This document shows, piece by piece, positions 36,491 to 48,635 of a stretch of 64,000 nt of DNA. A program made the translations under genes and the position numbers. Position 1 is the stretch's first letter. Each line of letters begins with the position of its first letter. The notes under the pieces were generated by a model. It saw only the letters and a program-made list of their open reading frames with translations, was not told the origin of the DNA and made no database searches. Source of the stretch: Podarcis bocagei (lineage: Eukaryota); the NCBI GenBank assembly GCA_964188305.1, contig OZ076887.1. One strand, given 5' to 3'.

Positions 36491-39110
36491 ATGAGATAAG
36501 TTACTGCATCATAATTACGGGATAGTGACCAAACTTTAACGACACTTTCTGTATAGCAGGTTTTTAATGACACAAGGTAACTAGTGTCTGCATTGGTGTA
36601 AGAATGGTGCACTTCAGAGGACAAAAAGTGTATAAACTCCTGGGGACTGGACAAATAGATTGTACCATTGAAGTGTAGGAATGTGAAAGAAAGAAAAGTA
36701 GAAGGAAAACAAATAGAAAATTAGTTTGAATTTTCTGTCACCTGTGCACAAAAACATGCCCATATTGTTCATTTCCCATTATATGAAGAAAATACTTTGT
36801 ATGTACTGTATTACTGTACCCATTGATTCCAGTAATTTTAAGACTCCAAATTTGTACTGTAATAAGATTTCCATAGTATGTATCTCAAAGCTGGAAGTTA
36901 GGCTAAATTCAGTACACCTAAAACTGTCCTTGTCTTTAGTGGGGATTTAGGGGTTGCATGTAACAAGGAATATGGCTTCAGGCAGAAACTCAGAACAGTT
37001 TTTTAAGAAATCAGTTGACATCACCAAATGCATAATGGTTTGCGAATGGTAAAATGGAGTTGGAAACCACAGTAAGAAGCAGCTTTGTTTGTGCATCATA
37101 TATTTCAGTGAATATTCGTGCTCTAGGAATGGCTTATTTATCACCTCCTATATCACACCTGTTTCTAAGCCATGTGCCAGTAAAATATATATATAGGGTG
37201 GATGAGGGCTTCTTTGAGAAGATCGATACATCCCATGATTATTATTATTATTTTTTAAAGAAACTGCATTTGGTTAGAAAATGCAAGTGAGCAGCTGGCT
37301 ATTTATTTAACTCATTCCTATAGTTTTGTACAAAGATTCTCTTCCTCCTCCCCTTCCCCCTTTCTTGCATAGCACTTTCTGCTACACTGATGATAATGTA
37401 CCTGGAAGGAAAAAGCAGTGCAAGCCGAGGCAGCCAGCGTCAGACAGGGCGGTCTGCCATCTGTCCCACCTGCTGCATTCATGTGTCCATCTGGTTCCTG
37501 CAATTGCTCATTGCAAGCTTCAACAGAAGAATGTTCAGCCTGAAAAGGAGGCAGTGTGAATTATTTAGGTACCTCTAGTGTAAATAAAGAAAGGGAAATA
37601 GAAGCTGGGGAGTTGAGGGCTATGGATGGCTTAGGAGAGGCTGCGAGCCTCTCTCACTCCTGGGTGCTTTGGAATGCGTTAATGCATGAGAGCATTTGAT
37701 TTGCATATAGATTTAGATGTATAGATGATTACAAAGCCAATGAGTTTTATCTAGATTTAGATAGCCTGGTTTGCCCATAAAATATAGCCTGTTTTCGGGA
37801 GGAGAACCTTTTGGGACTTTTAGCCTAAGTGGAGCTGATGAAATCTAATGCTTAGAAGCATTAATTTAGCAGAAATAAAGTATTTCCCTTTTTAAGAGCT
37901 TTTGGCGCCCTTTGTTAACCAAGAGTTTATAAGTGCTAGAACGTCTTGGGAGCTTTGTACAACATGTGCTGTTTTCAGACAATCATGACTACGTATATTG
38001 TAACATTCATTTGGAAAGGAGTATATTTTTTCTGCTTGTCCATGGTAGTTTAAAATGTTTTATTTCTGCCCTTCCCATTTTTAGACAGTTTTCTATTAAT
38101 AGATTTACAAGTGCTTTACATTAAAATAAATAAATCCAGGTACAAAATTGATTTTTAATGGTAAAACATACCTTCCATCTGGATATGGTTTGGATGTATG
38201 TACATATATGTAATAGAGACTACTTACGCAGACAAGGGGAAAGTGAAGCACACTAGCAAAATAGGTAAAGTCAATATATTTTTGTCTGCTTTTAGAATTC
38301 AGAAAGAAATCTTGGATGACTTAAGGTCACCTTTATTACGAATGCTTTTTGCCCTCCCCCTTAAAAACACCCCTTATAAATATCAATTGTGTATATTTGG
38401 CATGTTAGTTTTATCTGGAATGCTTTTTAAAACACAACTCTTCAATTTTTTAATACATACAAACTTTGACTTTACGTAATGCAATTTTTATGACACAGAA
38501 AATGAAGAGAGCCCAGGTGTCAAATTTCTTTGAGAGGGAAGTATTTTCAATTCCTCAGCAGTCTCCACCCTAGTCTAATTTTATTTTACTTTTAGCATGA
38601 AATCAGAACTTTCATAAGATGTATCTTTAAAAAGGTCTAGCAGTAGGTATCATTGTTTTGCCTAGTTTTGGATCTAGGAAAGAAAGGGACTCAGCATCTT
38701 GCTATCTGAGGTGCCTAACTGCTTCTCTAATATTTGCATGAAATTCGGCTGCAGCCTTCAAGGGGATTTGAGTGGATTGGATTCTTTAAGGTTAGTCCCT
38801 GTCAAACCTATTAAATTCAATTCTCATGCAAAACTATTTTAATGTCTTTTAAAAGCCAATAACCACTATTAGGACGGCATCATATACTTGCTGTAGAATA
38901 TTTATGGTACTAGATCATTCTATTGGCATGTGGAATAAACCAATAATCCACTTGCATTATTCCAAATTAAGATTCTATATTGTTTACATTCTGTGCTGGG
39001 CACCTTTTAAACCAGTTTTATCAGTAAAACATATGAATACCTGCTATTGGGTTTATATCACAAAAGCCACACATGTTTTTTTCCCCTACACTGCACTGAA
39101 TTGATGTACA

Positions 39111-39392
39111 GTGACGGTGTGAGCTCCTGTTGCTCGGTCCCAGATCCTGCCCACCTAGCAGTTCGAAAGCACGTCAAAGTGCAAGTAGATAAATAGGTAC
39201 TTCTCCGGCGGGAAGGTAAACGGCGTTTCCGTGTGTAGCTCCGGTTCGCCAGAAGCGGCTTAGTCATGCTGGCCACATGACCCGGAAGCTGTACGCCGGC
39301 TCCCTCCGCCAGTAAAGCGAGATGAGCGCCGCAAGCCCAGAGTCGGTCATGATTGGACCTAATGGTCAAGGGTCCCTTTATCTTTACCTTTA
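39111..39392 (+). mobile_element. Sauria SINE, 5'-truncated
   Basis: Matches the 8602 copy from just after the B box to the tctttaccttta tail; head absent; no clear TSD. Confidence 0.9.
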
Positions 39393-40984
39393 AAGCCTTT
39401 TAGCAATTGGTTAAATTTCGAGGCTTTTACTATTCTATACAATTATTTTGAGCTTCTTAAGGCTCAATTATGTGGCTCCTATGTGCTAACGAGGACACCT
39501 GTGTCTTGAGTGTCATCACCAGGGATTGGCATTGGTGTCACTGTAGAGCTGCCTAGCAGTACCTTTCAAATTCAGTATGTGGTGCAGAACTGTGCTTGAC
39601 ATGGTAGGGCAAACCCTTGCTTCATCCCAAAGGCGTCTGAAGTTTAGAAGTTAAATGCATTTCAAATGAAGGGGCCAAAAATGTAAATCAGTTTAACAAT
39701 GCTGTTTTAGACACTTTGCAACAGAGGTTCTGAGACTGCAAGACACTTAACAGGAAGCAAGCTCTTTTGAAATAAATTATATTTAACTAATTCTCACTAT
39801 ATAACTGCCTCACAGAGACTATTTGATACTGTTTCCATATGATAGCAGTTCAGCTCAGGGAGGTGTTTTCTATGAGCTAGCTCAGTCACCATTCATGTTT
39901 GTCCCCACTGTATAGTTTGCTTTCATGTGACTGCCAGGCATTTCTGGAAGCCGCTTTAGGTGGCATGGAGACAAACCGTGTGGCGGGGCCAATCTTCATG
40001 CTGTGCCAGTGCGCACACAAAGGCTTGCTGTGTAGAGGAGCAGTCATGTACAGGCAGTTTCAAGTACCTTCCATGTGTATGCCAAAATTATCCCTTATTC
40101 CCAGCTTGCATGATTTGTCCAGCACCATTAGTGTACCAGGTGCTTTATAGCACAAGAATTTTAAGAAAGGTCCCTGCCCCAATGAACTTACAAACCCAAG
40201 CTTCTCCGTGTCCTGATGCCAGAGATATGGATGGAAGAAACAAGTGGGATGAAATCAAGCCAAATTCACTCAAGCATACTTATTGTTAAAAAGTTGTGAA
40301 CTAAGCAGGAATTATAGGGCCTTCTGAAACAGGATTGTAATTTTTCCCTCAGAAATTAATCACTATTCATTCTACGCATTCTAACCAATAAGATTATTAC
40401 CAGCTGCGTGTATGCTAGAACTGTGAATGACGTTTTTACTCAGGCTTCCATCTAGAAACAATTTATAAGCTAATGCAACCAGTTGGACTTGTATTAAAAG
40501 CTAGCTTTTAATTTTGATGTCTGATCACATTAATGTGGCTATTTATGGCATTATTTATTAATTATATGGGTAAATAGCATCCATGTCACTACTTAATAAC
40601 ATTATGCCGAGTGCTCCATTATCTCCATTCCACAGCAGGTTACAAATGGCAAGCATTTTCCCCACCCACCCCAATTTGTTAGTATTTGGAGAGAGAAAGG
40701 AGGATAAGTAAAGAAAGCTGTCCAGATGTCTGGTCTGGATTTCAATTTGGCAGATGCCTCAACATATTTTGGTAAGAAGATTGTTACGGTTGACTTTCTA
40801 TAGAGTAGTATGTCCTAAGATGTGTGAGTTGTATCTATTGTTGTCAAATACTCCTTTTGGAAAGAAAGCTTTCTGCAATAGAGTTTCTTTAAAGCGCGTT
40901 ACTCTAGCTCAGATTTCAGTTAATTCAAGAATATGGCAATTTCACCAAGAAACTAATTTATATGTGTGTCTACAAACAGAGACA

Positions 40985-41080
40985 AGGAGCCTGAAGTCCT
41001 ACAGTTGTTGAACTACAGCTTCCCATCCTCTCTGACCATTAGTCATGTTGGCTGCCTGATGGGAATTCAGCAACATATTG
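40985..41080. mobile_element. Decayed copy of the hAT-like hairpin MITE
   Basis: gttgttgaactacagcttcccatc...gatgggaattcagcaac. Confidence 0.55.
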
Positions 41081-44000
41081 TGTTGCATATTATGGCCGCC
41101 CCCCCGTCCCCCGGTACCACAATATGCAAATAACTAAAACTGGGAAAGGAAGGACAGGTTGGTTTAATAAAGATACCACTTGGCTTTCTGTTCTTGCCTT
41201 TGCTGCTTAGTGTTAGCTGTCTTTGAATGAAAATTCATGTGGAGAGAGTGGGATATGGGGGAAGTTAATTTTTAAGGGAGACCCAATGATTGTATTACCT
41301 CAAATGACACACTTGTTCCTGAGCTTCAGCAGGACAAATGAGTCATATTAAAAATTGGTTTGGGAAGCCTTGCATAGGACCTGCATTTTCCTTTTACATA
41401 TTGCATCTCTATTGCTGCCAGTCTCTTACTTTTTGTAATTGCCTAATTCCCTTTTCAAAAATTAGTGAGCTGTATGAGGGAAATGTACTTTGTCCATATT
41501 TGAGTCCAGTTAAAATGTGCTATTACAAGGTGAATCCTGGGAACTTGAGAAAATACAGATATCCATAAGCAATGACAATTTTATTTCTGATTAGTCTCTT
41601 TATTTGGATTATGAAAACTACAAAGTTCAGGTTGAGAAATTGAAACTTAAAGTTCCTACTAGCATGTAGAGATGTTAGGGTCTCCGTGAGGCATGATCCT
41701 CCAGTAGACTTTTCCAAACACACATGCAGCCAGTGCAGTAACTAAAGTATTCCACATGCTTTCAGAATGCTTGAAAAATGGCATCTTCAGAAGAGTAGTG
41801 AAGAATGCAACGGTGACTCTTCAGAAAAATATCACTTTATCTGTTTCAAGCAAGTTTCCTGAAAAAAGGGTAGATCAACTGATTTTTCCACATGAGCTGA
41901 TATTTTATTTATATGATCCGACATATTGGAAATGATTAATTCATCAGGGTTGCTACTGTAAATTTGCTGAACATATAATGAAATTGCAATAATACAAATT
42001 GGAGAATGGAATGTTTTGTTTCTTAAAGAGTCTGCCCACAATTCTTGCCAAGTTAATCTGAATTTTAGAGAGAAAATCATTTAAATGATAAGCCCATTAC
42101 AGATGATCATATATTTGCTAAACTGGGGAAACATCAAACCATGATTTTGTATCCTAACCTATTCCAAAGCTGCTAACCATAGTTTCCTGGTTCAGGTGAC
42201 ATTGGAAACTGGTTAATTTGAGGTTTCTTGGTTTAACTGCAGCTCATGCAAAGGAAGGAGTGAAAGAACTGCAGGTGCAGGCAAATGAGCCATAGGTATC
42301 TCAACTTATTAAGCCTTTATCACCCCAAAGCAGCCAGGAAACTGTGGCATGAACTTTAGCTTCAGTGGAGGGAAAGCAGATGAAAGAGCCTGTTTGAAAT
42401 TACTCCTACCCTCCCCCCCCCATTGGATTTGAATGATACATTTATTTTATTTTTAGTGCAGACTGATTGAGTGAATTTGTTTAAATTAACTACGTAACTA
42501 CAGGCCATTCTGGTAACATAGAAGTTAGAAATGGGAGCCTCAAAGGAGACCATCAAAGGCAAGCATTCCTAGTAATACCTGAAGTAGTTCCCCGCTTATA
42601 TCTGTAGACTGATTTTCACTTCAGTATTCAGATACTTTAAATGCATTTTGTTTAATAGTGTCTATTTGGGGATTTTGTTTTAACAAAACAGGGATGCTCA
42701 TTGCAAGGGATGCTATTCCTGTCATAGGGTTTGAGAGTGTAACGAGGGAAAAGAGCATTAGCAGTGGCCCTGTGGTGCTCATTTTATAGTATTGCCTGTC
42801 CATCTGTCCACTGGAATGAGCCACTTATCATGCTTCTAGGTTTTTCTCTTTCAACTTTAAGAATTATGAAAGGAAAATTCCAATTTTTCCTGTCCCTTTG
42901 TGACAGGTAGACTGAAGATTGTGGCCATTTGGATTAAAAACATATCCATCACCACCAGGCGACAGGTTATTATTATGTCTCCTTTGAATATATGAATTTC
43001 ATCCGCTATGTATTGGAAGTCTAAGAATGCCAACTTTTTATATAAATAATTATCTTGCCAGTGATGTACTGCATACTGTTGCCATATTTTTTTCACTTTT
43101 ACAGCATTCTTGGCCTTATCACCTATAACATAAATCTTAAGCTTTCATATTTAATAAAAACCTTTAGACTAGCAGTCCCTCTGTAATGCAGAGTCAACCA
43201 ATCACACATCATCATCTGACTATCATTTATTTGTTTTCCTGTGACAGATGTTTTAGAAGATATCTCATTTTAGGTTTGACGGCATGTTTGATACAGCCAG
43301 GCAGTGGAATAAGAGGGAAACCGTATTTATGGCCCATTTTTGACCTTGATGGTATAGCCCTCAGTTAGGAAGTCTCCAAACTGGGGGGAGGGATGTTAGA
43401 AGAGTTACCTTCTATTATATGAATTTTTTTGGTATATGTGGGAAATAAAATATAAACTGTTCATCTTCCATATGGAAACTAGGAAGTTCTCCTGAACAGG
43501 CAGTGTTGAAGTGCACTTGAACTCTCTAGAACACTACCAATTTATTTCAGTTGTTTTTTGTGGATAATTGTGTCCTCTTTTTTTAACAGAGTAGTCTGGA
43601 ATGGTGGAAGATTGAGCTGCTTAATCACCTGAGCTGCTTAACCCCTCTGAAAAAAATGAATGGTATTCAGAGTAGACCCACTAAAATTCATAAACATGGC
43701 TAAGTTAGCTCTATTAATTGCAAAAAGGTCAATTCTGAGTAACACTTAGTTCCCTGTGGTTTCCCCCCTACTTCCCAAATATACTATAAAACTTTACTCT
43801 GGTCTCAATTTCTGACAATTTAGGGACATTCTTTTTGTTTCCTCTTAAAAGTTCTAGAAACATTCAGCTAGAGTATTTGATTCTTAAACTGAAATCAATG
43901 AGATTTACAGGCAATTTACTGGATTTGGCAACTGTATGCCAACCTAGTTAATGTCTCAGATGCACTATCTAATCCTGATTTTGTTTTCTCTACACAAAAA

Positions 44001-45728
44001 AAACTCCTGATAGAATCCAGTTGGCTGGAGAGAATCTTTTGGATATGCCAAGAAATAATGTAGTACAATCCCTCTAGCATTAAAATAGCCACATTAGATG
44101 TCAGCTGATTTTTGTGTACACATAGAATATAAATACATTTGCTGGCCTAACCTTGTACCCTTTTTGAAGCAAATACTCAGTGAACATAATGAAACACTGT
44201 GCCTGAGTGATGACTACTGCATATATTAAACATTTCATTGAGGTGGGTATGTTCGAAATAGTAAGCATTTAGCTGTAGTAACTATCATAGGTGGTAAAGA
44301 ATCAGAGAAAATATAAACCATGTTATTCTATTTATTTTTTATTTTTTTAAAAAAGAAAAATATATTTATTGGCTTGTTCATTTAGAAATAAACAGACATC
44401 TTGAGATTCTATGAAGATGCTTATCATGTGAATTCACTTGCTTTATTCATACAGACACAGAAGTGAAATCCATTTATGCCAATTCCTTCCTGACCTTTGC
44501 TCTGTGAATCCAAAGGCAAAGCTCTAGCACACAGGCCAATAGCATAAATAACTTTGAATTACACATAGTAATATGTAACTGTGAAAAGCCAAAGGTTTTA
44601 TGTTTTTCTTAGACTTTGTCAGCATGCTTGCTAAAATCCCAAAAGATGAAAAGGTTGTGTGTGTGTGTGTGATTCTTATGATAAAACATTAGTCTACACA
44701 TAGAATAGTCTTAAGAATAAATATATCTATTTATTTAACTATCTAGGAATTTAAATAGTGAATTTGTAGAAGGCAAGACAAATGGGAATCCTTTATATTT
44801 ATTTTATATGGGTTTTTTATTGACACTAGGAAGCAAGTATTGTTGACATATATTTGTGAATGCAAAGTTATAGTACACAAATTGTTTTGCTAAAACTGTA
44901 CAGTAACAGCATATGGATATAATGGAATTTATTTCTTTATCGGTGAATTTATTTACTAGTATAGTCATTGGTCCTCTGTCCTGAATTTACCACTATATAT
45001 TTGTATGCAATCATTCCTGTTTTCCTGTACTACTGTTGCAGTATACGTTGTGGTATAGTGTTAGCAGGCAATGTAAGAATATAAGGATTCTAGAGCAGAT
45101 CAAGACCCATACATAAAACTATAGATGAAAAACAAACTATGGTTTAACATGAACGAGCTGTGTGCAAGTTCTTGCTCTCTTCCTGTCTTGCTCTTCCCAC
45201 AGTTGCGCTCCCAGGAAACCATCCTGAGTCTGGCTTGTTGTGACATGGAAACCCAGGCTCCTGGTTTGCTTCTCTCTGAACAAGTCACAAGTGATAACCA
45301 GTGTTTTCTCTGAATGCTACACAGTCACATTAAACGTGTGTTTTTAACTATGGCTTAATGTGATGTGTGGACTGGGCCAATATAAGGCAGCCTCATATGG
45401 TTGACAAATTTCCCTGTCCACAGCATCTGGTTCTGAGAAGGTTACTGGATGTTCCTCAGAGTTTTCTATTCCTTGAAAAAAGTTTTTTTTCTTTCTTCAA
45501 ACTTGGTTGTCCTAATTCTGTAAGGAAATTTTCCCCGTTGTTTAAAGAAGTAGTTTGTCATCCGGAGATTAGTGCTGCCACTCCAAACAGCTATTTGCTT
45601 GTCCCTTTAGTTGTAAGCTCTTATATTCAGGGTCTTGTGGTACCAAAATGCATTGAGATCTTGGGCTATCTTATGGCTCGTGCAGATCCCTGGCAGATGG
45701 TATGAATGGTTTTCTATTTACTCTTAGG

Positions 45729-46413
45729 CCAGGGGTAGCCAACATTTGTTTATTTAAAATTATTTAATTAATTAAATTTGTACACCACCCTTCATCTGAA
45801 GATCACAGAATGAGTGATTCACAACATAAAAATACAAAATGAAAACACAAAAGACAATAAATGAAGAGCAGAAGCAAAACAAACCAGTAATCCCCTCCCA
45901 CATACATATTTAAAAGGCCATATAATGTTAATCAGCCAAATGCTTGGTTTTAAAAAAACATTTTTGCCTGGCACCTAAGGATAGGTAATGATTGCAGCAG
46001 GCGAGCCGCTTCAGGGACAGCATTCCGCAAATGGGGAGCCACTGCAGAAAAGGCCTGTTCACTTGTTGCTGCACCTCAAACCTCTCACGGGTGAGGCACG
46101 TGAAGAACGGGCTCAGATTATGATTGCAGGGTCTGAGTAGATTCATATGGAGAGATGCGGCCCTTTAGGTATTGCAGTCCTGAGCCGTTTAAGGCTTTTT
46201 AGGTCAGGATCTGTGTAATATGCTCACACTGTCTTGTCCCGGTGAGCAACCAGGCTTCCAAATTCTGCACCAGCTGGATTTTCTGAACTGTCTTCAGAGG
46301 CAGCCCTACTTATAACGTATAATGTGGTCCCTTCAGATGTTATTGAACTACAACTTCCACAATCCTTGACTATTGGCCAGGTCATTGGGAGCAATAACTG
46401 GTGGGCTACCCCT
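45729..46413. mobile_element. hAT-like MITE split by the L2 fragment
   Basis: Left terminus CAGGGGTAGCCAAC (45730); body resumes at ~46321 (tgtggtcccttcagatgttattgaactacaacttcc) and ends in GGCTACCCCT. Confidence 0.6.
45747..46318 (-). mobile_element. L2-type LINE 3' fragment
   Basis: Minus-strand degenerate translation KALNGSGLQYLKGRISPY...AFSAVAPHLRNAVP...AKMFF resembles the L2 ORF2 C-terminus (KALNGLGP.YL...RAFS..AP.LWN.LP); followed by a T-rich 3'UTR and AATAAA-type tail. Confidence 0.8.
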
Positions 46414-48081
46414 TCTCTATCTTTGCATTTCAGTAGGCCTTCAAAATAACACTAGAAGTTAGTATAATGAATCTCTTTTCTCTGCTTCTCCTGTTCTGGC
46501 ACCAATTCAGAACAAATAGTGATGCCACTATGTACTGATGTATTTCTTGATAAAACAGAAAAGTTTTAGCTTGGTTCCAAAAGTAACTGCCGGGCCAGGT
46601 TCCCTAGGATACCAGGGAACAAGTCTTGGTGTTCCATGGTCAAAAGATGGCATCTTCCCATTTGTCCTTTTGCACAGGCATTGGGTCTCTGGGAACTAAA
46701 GCAAAACTGAACTAGAATAGCTGTCTTGAAATAGGTTATTGGATAAGTGGCTATTGGTTTATTTAAATTTATTGTGCTTTAAATAGGTGTTTTATGTGAT
46801 GATTTACATTGCCTGTGAATGTATCCTAATTTGACTGAAAGATGAAGGACGTGTTAGAAATGCGTATAATACACAAAATCTGCTCGTGGAAGCAAGCTCT
46901 TTTTTTCATTCTTCGCACTGAGCACTTTCAGTGAAAACCAGTTTAGAAATTTTGAAGTCGGGCAATGAAAGGAACATCCTTAAATGATGCTTAGTTGAGT
47001 TTTAATTGTTCATGTCCCTGAAACTTTTTGTGTCAGGTTTAATATAGCTCCTTTTAGGCATTCGAATGTCATCCATCTCAATTTACAGTGTACATGTTGC
47101 TGATTGTTTTCCAAACTGCATTTTTCCTCCCTTGGTGTTTTATCTCACCCATATCTTGGTTGAAGATTTTTTAAAAATACATGAACCTTTGGGCAATTCA
47201 CAGCTATACATTGTTCACACATTACTCTCTGTGTTGGCTAAATCTGTTTGTGCCACTGGCTGTTTTTGTTTTGTTTTCTCGTTTTAAGTTTTTGGGGGGA
47301 CAAGAGGCAGACAAAGAAGACACATTACATTTATCAGCTTTGGAAGAAAATATAGAATAATCTTCAAGTTAAAACTAAAGCTGCCTTTAGATCCTTAGTA
47401 GAAAGTCCTTGAACATAAAATTCTCTAGTTGGAAAAACAGTACTGAGATAATAAAAAAGTCTATTCCCAAGGGTCTAAAGTATATGATTTGGATCCTGCT
47501 GCAGTCAATCAGGAAATTCCTATCAAAGTGATGCGTGGTCAGACACCTTTAAGCATTTTAATTAATTGCCAATAGCTCATATATTGAAGCTAAATAGCTG
47601 CAGAATAAAACAAGGGAGTACTTTGTATTATCTACTTCACCTACCCTTTTATAAACTGGTCCACCAATGTGTTCATAGTTAGGATCCCTTAAGAGTAAAG
47701 ATGGATTCTTTCTTAGAAGCATACAAGTGCCTTCCTGGTCAAGCCATTCCAGTATTCTTTGCAATACACTCAGCAACTGTTTGGGACATGTGCAATGGAA
47801 AGTTGAACTGGAGATCTGGGAGATCTCCTGGGAGTTGAAACATGTTTCTTCATAGCAATTGCATCTCTATGAAAAAGCCCTTCTGTGACTGTCCCGTCTC
47901 TTTCTCTGGATGTAGGAGCATGGAGAACTACTTTACACTGAGTAAGCCTATTTGTCCATCTAGCCTCATATTCGCTTACTCTGACAGGGAAGCAGTTCTC
48001 CAGAGTTTCATTCAGAGATCTTTCCCATCAACCACTCCCTGATCCCTTTCACCAGAAATTTCAGGATTAAACCAGGGATCT

Positions 48082-48084
<3 letters not shown>

Positions 48085-48126
<42 letters not shown>
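48085..48126. repeat. (AC)n microsatellite
   Basis: Direct reading. Confidence 0.97.
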
Positions 48127-48129
<3 letters not shown>

Positions 48130-48393
48130 TCTCTGCTATACATCTCCTTGATGTGATTTATCACTGTCCCCACCCCAGCTCAGATTCTATAACTTGACAG
48201 AACCTTGCCTGATCTTGCTTTGTTCTTTATCATTGCAAGACTCCCCCTGGTCCCTCATACCTAACAATCCTGCTATTTGCTTGTCTTTTGGAAGATACTT
48301 TGTTTACCTTTCTTGAATTTGCCTCAGCTTGCCTTCCCAATCTACGCTTTCACCAAATAACCCCTAATGAAAGGGCTGGCTCTCTTCTATCTA

Positions 48394-48635
48394 CAGTGGT
48401 ACCTCAGGTTAAGTACTTAATTCGTTCTGGAGGTCCGTTCTTAACCTGAAACTGTTCTTAACCTGAGGTACCACTTTAGCTAATGGGGCCTCCTGCTGCC
48501 GCCATGCCGCAAGAGCACAATTTCTGTTCTCATCCTGAAGCAAAGTTCTTAACCCGAGGTACTATTTCTGGGTTAGCGGAGTCTGTAACCTGAAGCGTAT
48601 GTAACCTGAAGCGTATGTAACCAGAGGTACCACTG
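48394..48635 (-). mobile_element. Tc1/mariner-type MITE, subfamily A
   Basis: TIRs and TA TSD; near-identical to 10578-10818. Confidence 0.93.

Noticed and set aside
39899-40150. ORF containing ...HKGLLCRGAVM, echoing the LLCR of ESRRG
   Set aside because: Only 4 residues match, with different codons and no further similarity; treated as coincidence rather than an exon duplication.
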